Assembly: GCA_963739435.1 (NCBI GenBank)
Contig: CAVUAN010000007.1
Coordinates: forward strand, 25,371-89,370
Source: an uncultured Acidobacteriota bacterium
GTDB lineage: Bacteria; Acidobacteriota; Thermoanaerobaculia; UBA5066; Gp7-AA6
Direction: 5' to 3'
DNA: 64,000 nucleotides
Numbering within the stretch: the stretch's first letter is position 1; each line of letters begins with the position of its first letter. The notes under the pieces are model-generated. The model had not been told where the DNA came from and made no database searches. It saw only the letters and a list, made by a program, of their open reading frames with translations. Below are positions 23,886-32,369 of the stretch, piece by piece. A program made the position numbers and the translations under genes.

Positions 23886-24419
23886 TTGAACATCGGGGTG
23901 TTCGGCTCGAGCCTGCCGCGGGAGGGCGAGGCGGCCTACGAAGAGGCGCGCGAGATCGGACGGCTCGTTGCCAGGAAGGAAGGCCGCATCGTTTGCGGCG
24001 GCTACGGCGGGGTCATGGAGGCAGTCTGCCGGGGGGCGGCGGAGGCCGGCGGCTCGAGCCTCGGAGTCATTCTCGAGGGCCGTCAGGATCCCAACCGGTG
24101 GGTCACGCGCGTCTCGGCCGAGGCCGACCTGTCCGCCCGCTTGAGACGCCTGCGCGACGCGTCGGACTCCTGGATCTTTCTGCCGAGGGGGCTCGGCACG
24201 ATGCTCGAGCTCGTGTGGATCTCGGAGAGCGTGGTCAAGGGCGACGTCGGGCCGCGCCCGTTCATCCTGCTCGGCGACTACTGGAAACCCACCGTCGACA
24301 AAGCCATCGCCGAGGCTTCGCGGCTGCCGGGCGCAGAAGCTCTGCGCGCGAGCATCGCCGTTTGCGCGACACCGGCCGAGGCGGTGGAGGCCGCATGGGC
24401 CGTCCGGCGGCGCGACTGA
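23886..24419 (+). CDS. LOG/TIGR00725-like Rossmann-fold protein
   Basis: NIGVFGSS...GRIVCGGYGGVMEAVCRGAAEAGG...FLPRGLGTMLEL matches the LOG-family GGxGxM and PGGxGTxxE pattern. Confidence 0.65.
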   Translation: MNIGVFGSSLPREGEAAYEEAREIGRLVARKEGRIVCGGYGGVMEAVCRGAAEAGGSSLGVILEGRQDPNRWVTRVSAEADLSARLRRLRDASDSWIFLPRGLGTMLELVWISESVVKGDVGPRPFILLGDYWKPTVDKAIAEASRLPGAEALRASIAVCATPAEAVEAAWAVRRRD

Positions 24420-26323
24420 TGGCGCGGCGACCCGGACGGCGTCTCGCGGTGGTTGTGGCGATGTTCGCGGCAGCCGCGGCGGCGCCGGGTTGGACCTACC
24501 CGGAGCATCGGGACATCGCCGCCGAGGGAATCCGCCGCCTCGACCCGCGTCGGAAGGCGGCGCTCGAGGCGTTGTGGGCGCAGGCACGCGAGGGCGAGGA
24601 GTCGCGGCTCTGCGCCCCGCTGATTGCCGGCGACCAGGGCAAGAGGCCCGTGTGCATCGACTTGGCGGCCTGGCCGGCCATCGCCGCCGACCACTCCTGC
24701 GACGCCAACCAGATGCTCCAGACGATCCTCGAGAGCAAATGGATTCTCGACGTGGCCGCTGCCACCTCCCGCGCCGACGCCGCTTTTGCCGCCGCGAAGC
24801 GCTTGGACCAGTTCACGAACATCCGCACCCAGCTCGACCTCGCGCTCGAACGCGCGGACTCCCTCTACAGCTCCCGGGCCCTGGCGAACGACGCCCACTT
24901 CCTGGTGCCTCGCAAGGGTCTCGATGCGGTGGAGGATGCCGTCGCCTCGATTCAAGCGGGTGCGCCGCTGAATGCCCTGGCGCTCTACATCCTCCAACAC
25001 GAGGCGGCGCTGCGTCTCGCGGCTGAATACAGCGCGGGCGCTGGAAGCCCGGCGGAGCGAAGCGCGAAAGCCAGGCTGATCCTGGCGCTCGAAGCCCTGG
25101 CGCTCCACTTCCTGGAGGACACGTTCGCCGCCGGCCACGTGGCCGGGTCGTGGGGCACCGCGGCCGAGCGCAAGGGCACGCACGACTACTACAACGAGCA
25201 TGGCGTGGAGGCGACGAGCTGGAAGGGCCAGTCGATGATCCTCTTCGGCGACGGGTACATGCATGCGGAGGACCTGGCGCGCGGCGGCTCTGTTGTAGCG
25301 CTCAGCTTGAACCACGTCTTGAATGCCCTGGAGCCGGGCTCCTCCTACGAGAAGGAGCGCGCGACCGTGTCGCTCCCGGCCGAAGTGCTGTCGGGGTCGT
25401 TCAACATCTGCACCACGGAGGTCATGCCCGGATGGAGCATGCCGAAGGAGGCCTTTGCCTCGATCGAGGACGTCGTGCTCTCCATTCCGATGCCGTTCCG
25501 CGGGCCGGGGCCAGGTTCCCTCCCGAGGTTTCGCTCCGATTTCGGGCCGTTCATTGCGCTGGCCAGCGGTGCGAGCCTTCTCGGGGAGAGCGGCGGTTTC
25601 GAGGGCACCCAGAAGGGGAGGATGACGGGCTCGCTCGACGTGGGCGCGCGCCTCGGCGTCGGGCTCGAGGCGCTGCTCGTCGACTCAGGGGACGGCCAGC
25701 TCTTCGTTCAGGCCGGGATTCTCATGGCTGCCAAAGAGGTGAGCGCCTGCGCGGACCCCTGCACGGGTGTGCCGCTCTCCGCCCAGCTCATTCCGATCGT
25801 GCCGGCGCGAACCGGTCTCGCATTCCGGCTGCGCGCGCCGTTCTGGCTGCTTCCGGGCGACCTGCTCGCCGCGGCGCCGATTCTCGCCTTCACGTCCCCG
25901 GACACGCTCAAGAAGATGGGCATCACGGCCGCCAACGGGGGGCTGATCCCCTGGCAGACGGGCCTGGCCACGCCAGTCGGCCGGTTCCAGTTCGTGGCGG
26001 GGCGCGAGATCGGGATCACGCTTTTCGGCTACATCACGCAGGACAACATGTTGACCCAGACCGGCACCCTCCCCGGCGGCGCGCCGTCCTACACGGCCAT
26101 CCAGGTCCGCTCGATCCAGTACGACTTCCCGATCCTCGAGTACCGCCCGTTCCGCACCTTCGCTACCGGGCAGAGCTTCGCGATGAACGTGCAGTTCGGC
26201 TTCGGCTTCGACAAGCCGGGGCGCGTCGAGGTGCTCGCGCCCGTCGGCGCCCCGGTGCCTGCCCTCCAGACGCGATACCTCGGATTCCTCAAGATTGCAT
26301 TCGACGGGCGACATTACTTTTAG
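24419..26323 (+). CDS. Secreted 634-aa protein: N-terminal His-motif alpha domain (PLC/P1-nuclease-like?) plus beta-rich C-terminal domain
   Basis: The ATG overlaps the LOG stop (TGATG). Signal peptide MARRPGRRLAVVVAMFAAAAAAPG. Motifs WTYPEHRDIAAEGI and HFLEDTFAAGH. The C-terminus ...FDGRHYF resembles an OM beta-barrel terminus. Function unknown. Confidence 0.55.
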   Translation: MARRPGRRLAVVVAMFAAAAAAPGWTYPEHRDIAAEGIRRLDPRRKAALEALWAQAREGEESRLCAPLIAGDQGKRPVCIDLAAWPAIAADHSCDANQMLQTILESKWILDVAAATSRADAAFAAAKRLDQFTNIRTQLDLALERADSLYSSRALANDAHFLVPRKGLDAVEDAVASIQAGAPLNALALYILQHEAALRLAAEYSAGAGSPAERSAKARLILALEALALHFLEDTFAAGHVAGSWGTAAERKGTHDYYNEHGVEATSWKGQSMILFGDGYMHAEDLARGGSVVALSLNHVLNALEPGSSYEKERATVSLPAEVLSGSFNICTTEVMPGWSMPKEAFASIEDVVLSIPMPFRGPGPGSLPRFRSDFGPFIALASGASLLGESGGFEGTQKGRMTGSLDVGARLGVGLEALLVDSGDGQLFVQAGILMAAKEVSACADPCTGVPLSAQLIPIVPARTGLAFRLRAPFWLLPGDLLAAAPILAFTSPDTLKKMGITAANGGLIPWQTGLATPVGRFQFVAGREIGITLFGYITQDNMLTQTGTLPGGAPSYTAIQVRSIQYDFPILEYRPFRTFATGQSFAMNVQFGFGFDKPGRVEVLAPVGAPVPALQTRYLGFLKIAFDGRHYF

Positions 26324-26332
26324 GAGGCCGCG

Positions 26333-27023
26333 ATGAGGACAGTTCTGGCTCTCGTGCTCGCCGCCGCGGCCCTTCCCGCGCGCGGCCGAGGAGGCGTTTC
26401 TCTACAAGGCGCAATTCGTCCAGGCCGCGCCCGGCCGCCTGCTCGAGCTGATCGATCTCGTCAAGGCGAATAAGGAGGAGCCGCCCTTCGCGATACGGCA
26501 CAGCCAGGGCGACCGCTGGGACCTGATGCTCCTGACGCCGATGGGAAGCTATGCGGATTACTTCTCGCCGGAACGGGCCGCAAGGCGGCGCAAGGCGGAG
26601 CATCCCGACAAGTGGAAAGAGCTCGTCGCGTGGCAGGAAGACATCTTCGTCTTCGGGCCGCCCGTGGAGGAGGTCCGCGCGTCCTTTTCGAAAGCCGGTT
26701 TCTTCCACCTCGAGATCTTCCGCGCGCTGCCCGGGCGCCACGCCGACCTTCTCAAAGAGCGGCTGATGGAGAACGCGTATCTCAAGACCCTGAAGCGACC
26801 GGAGAACCTCGTGTTCGTCCGCGACCAGGGGGCCGGCTGGGATCTCTTCACGCTCGGCTTCTACCGGGACCTCAAGCACTACGCCGAAAGCGCCGACATC
26901 CCCGAAAAGGACCAGGAAGCTGCCGCAAAGGCGGCCGGGTTCGAGGGCGCTTCACGGATCGGAACCTACCTGCGCAGCTTGATCCGCGAGCACCACGACA
27001 CGCTCGCGGGCGCCGTCAAGTAA
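26333..27023 (+). CDS. Secreted hypothetical protein, 1 frameshift as assembled
   Basis: SD TAGGAGG followed by ATG 26333 and signal peptide MRTVLALVLAAAALPA. The frame changes near 26385 into EEAFLYKAQFVQAAPG...(ORF 26526-27023). Confidence 0.5.
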
Positions 27024-27030
27024 AGGGGAG

Positions 27031-27476
27031 CTAGCGGGACGGCCGGTTCCCGTTGTCCATGTCGGACACGATCAGCCAGCGGCCCTCCGGACCTTTGCGC
27101 AGCGTCAGGGTGAACTTGCCAACGTCCGGCTGTCCCGCCTGCCGCGAGAATCCGCCAATGATGTGCCGACGGAGCCCTCTGCCGCGAAAGCGAAGGCGCG
27201 CAGCACGAGCGCGCCGCCGGGCCCCTTGTAGTACTGCTGGATCGCATCGCGGCCGCGCACGGGCGGCGCGCCGTTGCCGAGGACGAATCCGTCGTCGGCG
27301 AAAAGCCGCGCCAGGGCCGCTCCATCGCCGGCTCGCCAGCCCGCCTCGTAATCGGTCAACACTCTTGCCAGCTCCGGCGCCAGGCTGACGGTCGGCTGCT
27401 CGACGGGCTGTTGCGCCCCGGCCGTCGAGCCCGAAGCCCACGCCGCCATTACGATCGCCACGATTGCCACGCGCAT
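27031..27476 (-). CDS. SnoaL-like/DUF4440 (NTF2-fold) secreted protein, 1 frameshift as assembled
   Basis: Signal peptide MRVAIVAIVMAAWASG, then YEAGWRAGDGAALARLFADDGF and, after the shift near 27170, KFTLTLRKGPEGRWLIVSDM. Confidence 0.5.
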
Positions 27477-27515
27477 GCCGGCCTCCTCCTTCTTCAACAG
27501 CCAACCAGCCCGACT

Positions 27516-28535
27516 CTAGGCGCCGGCAGGCGGAAGCGAAGCAGGGGCGGGAGTTCCGCCATGCAGCTGCCGGTAGCCCATTTCCTTCAAGAGCGCGATG
27601 CGCTTGGCGATGGGGGGGTGGGTGCCGAAGAGGTTGGAGAAGGCGCCCTCGCTCTCGTTCAGCTTCCGGCCGCGCGGGTCGGCGATGCACAGGTGCGCGA
27701 CTCCCGCCTTGATGGAAGCCGTCGGCTCGACGGCGGCGTCGATCTTCTGCAGAGCCGAGGCGAGGGCAAGGGGGTTGCGCGTCAGCTCGGCGCCCGAGGC
27801 GTCGGCCAGGTACTCCCGCTCGCGCGAGACGGCCAGCGCGACGATTTGCGCGATGAACGGGGCGAGGATGATCGAGACGAGCCAGAAGGCGAAGAAGACG
27901 ATCCCGAGGACCCCGCTGCCTCCTCCGTCTCGGTCGTTGCTTCTCCGGCTCGAGCCGCCGCCCCACCACAGACCGCGCCGCGCCCAGTCTGAGAGGAGCA
28001 GGATCGCCCCGGCGAGAGCCGCCACGACGGTCATCAGGCGCGTGTCGTAGTTGCGGACGTGGGACATCTCGTGGCCGATGACGGCCTGGAGCTCCTCGCG
28101 GTTCAACCGGCCGACCAGGCCGGCGGTCACGGCGATCGAAGCCTTTTCGGGAGAGGACCCGGTGGCAAACGCGTTCGGGTCGGGGTCAGGCACGATGTAG
28201 ATCTTCGGCTTGGGCAGGCCGGCGGCGATCGACATCTCCTCGACCACGTTGTCGACGACGCGCTGGGCAGGGTCGGTCAGGTCGATCGGGCGGGCGCTGG
28301 AGGACTCGAGGACCATCTGGTCGCCGCCCTGGACGGACCACCAGGCCGAAAAGCTGCCGACGAGCAGGGCCCCGATCGTGCAGATCGGGAAGCCCGGCGT
28401 GCCCCCGGACCCGTAAAGGAACGCGTCCGCACCGAGGCCCAGAAACACGAGGAAGAGCACGAAGCCGAGCATGAACATCTTCGTGCGCGCCAGGTTGCGG
28501 CGCTGCTGATCGTAGATGTTGGTGGGGAGCGTCAT
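27516..28535 (-). CDS. htpX: M48-family membrane metalloprotease HtpX homolog
   Basis: HEMSH zinc motif (AVIGHEMSHVRNYD) with N-terminal and central TM segments. Confidence 0.85.
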   Translation of the reverse strand: MTLPTNIYDQQRRNLARTKMFMLGFVLFLVFLGLGADAFLYGSGGTPGFPICTIGALLVGSFSAWWSVQGGDQMVLESSSARPIDLTDPAQRVVDNVVEEMSIAAGLPKPKIYIVPDPDPNAFATGSSPEKASIAVTAGLVGRLNREELQAVIGHEMSHVRNYDTRLMTVVAALAGAILLLSDWARRGLWWGGGSSRRSNDRDGGGSGVLGIVFFAFWLVSIILAPFIAQIVALAVSREREYLADASGAELTRNPLALASALQKIDAAVEPTASIKAGVAHLCIADPRGRKLNESEGAFSNLFGTHPPIAKRIALLKEMGYRQLHGGTPAPASLPPAGA

Positions 28536-28549
28536 CTGCCCTCCCTGCT

Positions 28550-28631
28550 GTCATTCCGAGCGAAGCGAGGAATCTACCTCCGTGGTCTCCGACCGGAGCA
28601 GATTCCTCGTCGCGTCGCTCCTCGGAATGAC
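28550..28631. repeat. Nested palindromic REP-like element (GTCATTCCGAGCGAAGCGAGGAATCT ... AGATTCCTCGTCGCGTCGCTCCTCGGAATGAC)
   Basis: Imperfect 26/32-nt inverted arms with an inner CTCCG/CGGAG pair, located between htpX and lemA. It resembles the GTCATTCCGAGCGAAGCGAGGAATC palindromes that are widespread in environmental genomes. Only one copy occurs in this window. Confidence 0.7.
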
Positions 28632-28640
28632 AAGAAGAAG

Positions 28641-29222
28641 CTATTGGGGGCGGAGGTTCAGGTCCACCTTGGGGACCTCGCGCTCCGCGGCGTCCTTGAT
28701 CTCGAACAGCTCCACAGGCTGGAAGTTGAAGGTCGAGGCGATGAAGTTGTCGGGAAAGACCTGCTGAGCGATGTTGAAGCGCGTCGCGATGTCGTTGTAG
28801 AACTGCCGCGCGAATCCGATCTTGTTCTCTGTCGAGGACAGTTCCTCCATCAGGGACTTGACGGCTTCGTTCGACTTCAGCGTCGGGTAGTTCTCCGTCA
28901 GCGCAAACAGCTTGGACAGGGTTTGCGTGAGCTGGTTTTCCTTGTCGGCCGCGTCGGCCACGCCGCGCGCCGCCACGGCGCTGTTGCGGGCCTGGATGAC
29001 CTTTTCGAGGGTGTCCTGCTCGAACTGCATCTCACCCTTGACCGCGGCGATGAGGTTGGGGATCAGGTCGTGCCGGCGTTTCAACTGGACGTCGATCTGC
29101 TTCCAGGCGTTGGTCACCTGGTTCTTGAGCGTGATGAGGTTGTTGTACCGCCAGATCGCCCAGATGGCGGCCAGAACGACCAGGACGACCAGGAACATCA
29201 AACAACCGCCGATCGCGCCCAT
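28641..29222 (-). CDS. lemA: LemA family protein
   Basis: N-terminal TM segment plus the LemA consensus (YNNLITLKNQVTNAWKQIDVQLKRRHDLIPNL), paired as usual with an M48 protease gene. Confidence 0.85.
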   Translation of the reverse strand: MGAIGGCLMFLVVLVVLAAIWAIWRYNNLITLKNQVTNAWKQIDVQLKRRHDLIPNLIAAVKGEMQFEQDTLEKVIQARNSAVAARGVADAADKENQLTQTLSKLFALTENYPTLKSNEAVKSLMEELSSTENKIGFARQFYNDIATRFNIAQQVFPDNFIASTFNFQPVELFEIKDAAEREVPKVDLNLRPQ

Positions 29223-29270
29223 ACGTCTCTAGCTCCTCCACCTGTACATACGAAAAACTGTCACCTATGT

Positions 29271-30398
29271 TCAGGCGTTCAGGCCCTGGCGCAGCTCGCG
29301 GGCCAGGATCTCGACGGCCGACCGCGTACCGCCGGTCAGCTTCTCCTTCCAGACGGTTTCGGTCTCGAAGCGCTTGTCGCCGACCGCCTCGGACCACGGC
29401 CGCAGGGCGGCGTCGAGCTCGCCCGCCGACCAGACGTCTCCGCCGCGGCTGCGGATCATGGCGATGACGTAAGGCACGATGCGGATGAAGGCCCGCAGCG
29501 AGGGCGAGGACTTGATCGAGTACTTGCGGCCGGCGAAGGCCACGGGGAAGGCCCGGCCGGCGGCTTTGAAGTAGTTCAGGAAGAACCGGCGGGCGTTTTC
29601 GCGGAACTCGCGCGAGATCCTTCCGCCTGCCGCGTCCATGGCCGCGAAGACGTCGCGCAGCTCGTCGGCGAGCGCGGCCTGCGTCACCGTGCCCTTGCCG
29701 ATCCCGAGAACCTTGATCTGGTGGTAGAGCGGGGAGTGCTCGTCCTCGTTCAGCGCCCGGATCACGTCGTGAGCCGCGGCGAGGTTCTCGTCGCGGTAGA
29801 GGCGGCGCCCGGCCAGGGACATCAGGTGCGACGGGTTCAGCTTCGTGTGCTTGCTGTTGATCGTGACGAAGAGCTCGACGACCTGGTCGGGAGTCAGCGC
29901 GTCGAAAACGACCGCCGGAACCTGAAAGTCCTTGAGGTTGTGCTTCTCGGCGAGCTGGTGAAGGGCGAGGAGGCGGTGCTGGCCGTCCAGGGCCCGGAGG
30001 ATGCCCGAGTCATCCGGCAGCTTGAGCGTGCCCGTGTCGGCCCGGCTCGAGGAGGGCGTGAAGTCGAGCCGCCGGTCCGAGACCAGGAGCACGCTGCCGG
30101 GGATCGCCGGCAGCGTCCCGGAGTCCGCGCACTGGAGGTAGTACGCCACCAGCTCTTCGATCTTCTTCTGGATGATCGGGCGCTGGTAGGCCTGTTCCGA
30201 AGCCGAGATCCTCTTTTCGAGAAACTCCCAGTTGACGCGGCCCGTCGCCTTCTTGGCTTTTCCACGGGTCGTCTGGGTCTGGGGGCCAAACGAGAGGACC
30301 TCGAAGCCGACGAGAGACTGCAGGTCCGCTCCCGAGAGCAGGGCCTCGTAGAATCGCACCCCGAATTGATTGAGACGAAGCGAGGGAACGGAGAGCAT
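29271..30398 (-). CDS. DGQHR-domain protein (DndB-like, ParB-nuclease superfamily)
   Basis: Literal DGQHR motif (LRALDGQHRLLAL) and the FVTINSKHTKL segment typical of DndB-like proteins. The start is ATG 30398 or GTG 30404. Confidence 0.7.
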   Translation of the reverse strand: MLSVPSLRLNQFGVRFYEALLSGADLQSLVGFEVLSFGPQTQTTRGKAKKATGRVNWEFLEKRISASEQAYQRPIIQKKIEELVAYYLQCADSGTLPAIPGSVLLVSDRRLDFTPSSSRADTGTLKLPDDSGILRALDGQHRLLALHQLAEKHNLKDFQVPAVVFDALTPDQVVELFVTINSKHTKLNPSHLMSLAGRRLYRDENLAAAHDVIRALNEDEHSPLYHQIKVLGIGKGTVTQAALADELRDVFAAMDAAGGRISREFRENARRFFLNYFKAAGRAFPVAFAGRKYSIKSSPSLRAFIRIVPYVIAMIRSRGGDVWSAGELDAALRPWSEAVGDKRFETETVWKEKLTGGTRSAVEILARELRQGLNA

Positions 30399-30461
30399 CC
30401 TCACCCCCCTTTAGCGGCGCGATTATACGCAAGCGTGAAAACGGGGTTTTTGGGGGTCGGG

Positions 30462-30806
30462 CTACGGGGGAGAGACCTGTCGCCAGTCCGCTCCGGTCAC
30501 CATCTGGTCGTGCATCTGGCTTGCTCCGGCCAGGATGCCCTTGAGCTCGTCGGTCAGGACCTTCTCGAGCTCTCCCAAGGACTCCGAGCCGGCAAAGGGG
30601 ACCGAGCACTCGATCGAGGACTGCCCGAGGGTGGCGAAGAACGGCGACGGACGGCGGGTCCAGTCCATGTCGCTGCGGCGATGCTTGGTCATCAGGAAAG
30701 CTGCCAGACGGCGCTCGTCCAGGGGCTCGGCCAGCTTCCACCGGAAGTTGGCCCGGTAGCCCTTCTGCAGCGCCTCCGGACGGTCGTCTGCGAGGAGAAT
30801 CGACAT
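30462..30806 (-). CDS. Hypothetical protein (114 aa) upstream of the DGQHR gene
   Basis: C-terminal part of shadow ORF 30462-31544 read from ATG 30806. Composition is protein-like, and no family was recognised. Confidence 0.45.
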   Translation of the reverse strand: MSILLADDRPEALQKGYRANFRWKLAEPLDERRLAAFLMTKHRRSDMDWTRRPSPFFATLGQSSIECSVPFAGSESLGELEKVLTDELKGILAGASQMHDQMVTGADWRQVSPP

Positions 30807-30851
30807 CGAATCGCGTTTGAAGATAGCATCCCAACCACTTCGATCGCCACC

Positions 30852-31598
30852 ATGAAACGCCAGCTGACCCTCCTGCTCCTGCTGACGGCCGCGCTCAACC
30901 TCGAGGCCGCAACCCCCGAGGCGAAGGCCTATTCCTCCCACCTGATGGTGGACCAGGACGTCGTCGTCTGCGCTCGGGTCACGGGGATCCTGGAGGAGGT
31001 CTACGTCGACCGGGGCAGCGCCGTGACCAAAGGCCAGCCGCTCGCTCAGCTCGATCCGCGCGAGTTCGACGCCGACGTCAACCAGGCGAAGGAGGAGATG
31101 GAGCTGGCCCGGATCGAGGCCGATCGCGCCCAGGCACTCGCTGCCAGCAATGTCCTTTCCAAACAGGACCTCGAATCGAAGCGGTCCCAATACGCGGTGG
31201 CCGTCGCGAAGTGGGAGAAAGCAAAGGCCGTCCGCAACTACGCCACGATCCGCGCACCGTTCGCCGGCGTCGTGACCGAGAAATACGCGCGGGTCGGGCA
31301 GAAAGTCATCGAAGACAAGGCCGATCCGATGTTCAAGGTCACGGCCATGGAGCCTCTCCTCGCGCGGATCTACGTGCCCGAAAAGGACTTGCTCACGCTG
31401 CGCCGCGGCGCGGCGGTCGAGGTCGTGCCGGTCAGCTTCCCGCAGGCCAAGACGACCGGTTCCGTCGAGTTCATCAGCCCGACAGTCGACGCCGCCAGCG
31501 GCACGTTCCAGGTCATCGTTCACGTCCGGCGCGATCCCGCTCAACCGGTCCTGCGGCCCGGCCTCGCCGTCGAGGTGCGGTTCAAGGCGGCGCCGTAA
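30852..31598 (+). CDS. Short HlyD/MFP-type periplasmic adaptor (248 aa)
   Basis: Signal peptide MKRQLTLLLLLTAALNLEA. Barrel-sandwich and hairpin pattern (VTGILEEVYVDRGSAVTKGQPLAQLD ... IRAPFAGVVTEKYARVGQ). Confidence 0.75.
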   Translation: MKRQLTLLLLLTAALNLEAATPEAKAYSSHLMVDQDVVVCARVTGILEEVYVDRGSAVTKGQPLAQLDPREFDADVNQAKEEMELARIEADRAQALAASNVLSKQDLESKRSQYAVAVAKWEKAKAVRNYATIRAPFAGVVTEKYARVGQKVIEDKADPMFKVTAMEPLLARIYVPEKDLLTLRRGAAVEVVPVSFPQAKTTGSVEFISPTVDAASGTFQVIVHVRRDPAQPVLRPGLAVEVRFKAAP

Positions 31599-31609
31599 GC
31601 CTCACGGCC

Positions 31610-32341
31610 ATGGGCGTAAATCCTCCGCGACGCCCGCGCTCCTCCCGGCGGCTGCAGTCGACCCTCGACCGCGTCCTGATCCACGACATCAAGAACATGG
31701 GTTTTCGGCTCCAGATGCTCCTGTCGAACCTGGACGAGCATTATGGGGACCCGGATTTCAAGCGGTCGGTTCAGGACCTGCTCGCTTCGACTGTCGATCG
31801 CCTGGAGGCGGTCGCGGGGCGCTGGCAGGCGCACCAGGACGCGCTGCTCGTCAAGGTCTCGCTCGACTTGAACGAGGTCCTCCAGGCAGTTGCCACGTCG
31901 GCAACCTCCAACGGGAGCCGCCTGCGCGGCCCGGCTGCGCAGAAGCTCCCGACCCTGGCCTTGGCGCTCGGCTCGCCGCCGCCCGTCTGGGGCGACTCCG
32001 ACTACCTGAAGGACGCGTTTGTCAGCCTTCTCGACAACGCTCTGGAGGCGGCCGGGCCGGGAGGGAAGGTCGTCATCCGCAGCTTCGCTTCCCGGGCTCG
32101 GGGGCGCTCGCGCGCGGCCATCGACTTCATCGACAACGGTTCGGGCATGGAGGCCGAGGCGGTCCGAGAACGCCTGCTGCATCCCTTCCGGACGACCAAG
32201 GAGACGGGAGTGGGCCTCGGCCTCTACACGGCGGCGCAGATCGTCAAGCATCACCGCGGCAACTTCCGGATCCTTTCGCAGCCGGGTGGTGGGACTGTCG
32301 TGCGCCTGACTTTCCCGGCGGCAGCTCCCGCGGAGCCATGA
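31610..32341 (+). CDS. Cytoplasmic histidine kinase (no TM or sensor domain)
   Basis: H-box LIHDIKNMGF, N-box LLDNALEA, G1 DNGSGM and G2 GVGLGLY. Confidence 0.8.
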   Translation: MGVNPPRRPRSSRRLQSTLDRVLIHDIKNMGFRLQMLLSNLDEHYGDPDFKRSVQDLLASTVDRLEAVAGRWQAHQDALLVKVSLDLNEVLQAVATSATSNGSRLRGPAAQKLPTLALALGSPPPVWGDSDYLKDAFVSLLDNALEAAGPGGKVVIRSFASRARGRSRAAIDFIDNGSGMEAEAVRERLLHPFRTTKETGVGLGLYTAAQIVKHHRGNFRILSQPGGGTVVRLTFPAAAPAEP

Positions 32342-32369
32342 CCGATCCCCGGGCAAGCTCGGGCGGGTC

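Noticed and set aside
28059-31598. 1179-aa plus-strand ORF
   Set aside because: Only the last 248 codons (from ATG 30852, the HlyD-type adaptor) look like protein. The rest runs antisense to htpX, lemA, the DGQHR gene and the 114-aa gene.
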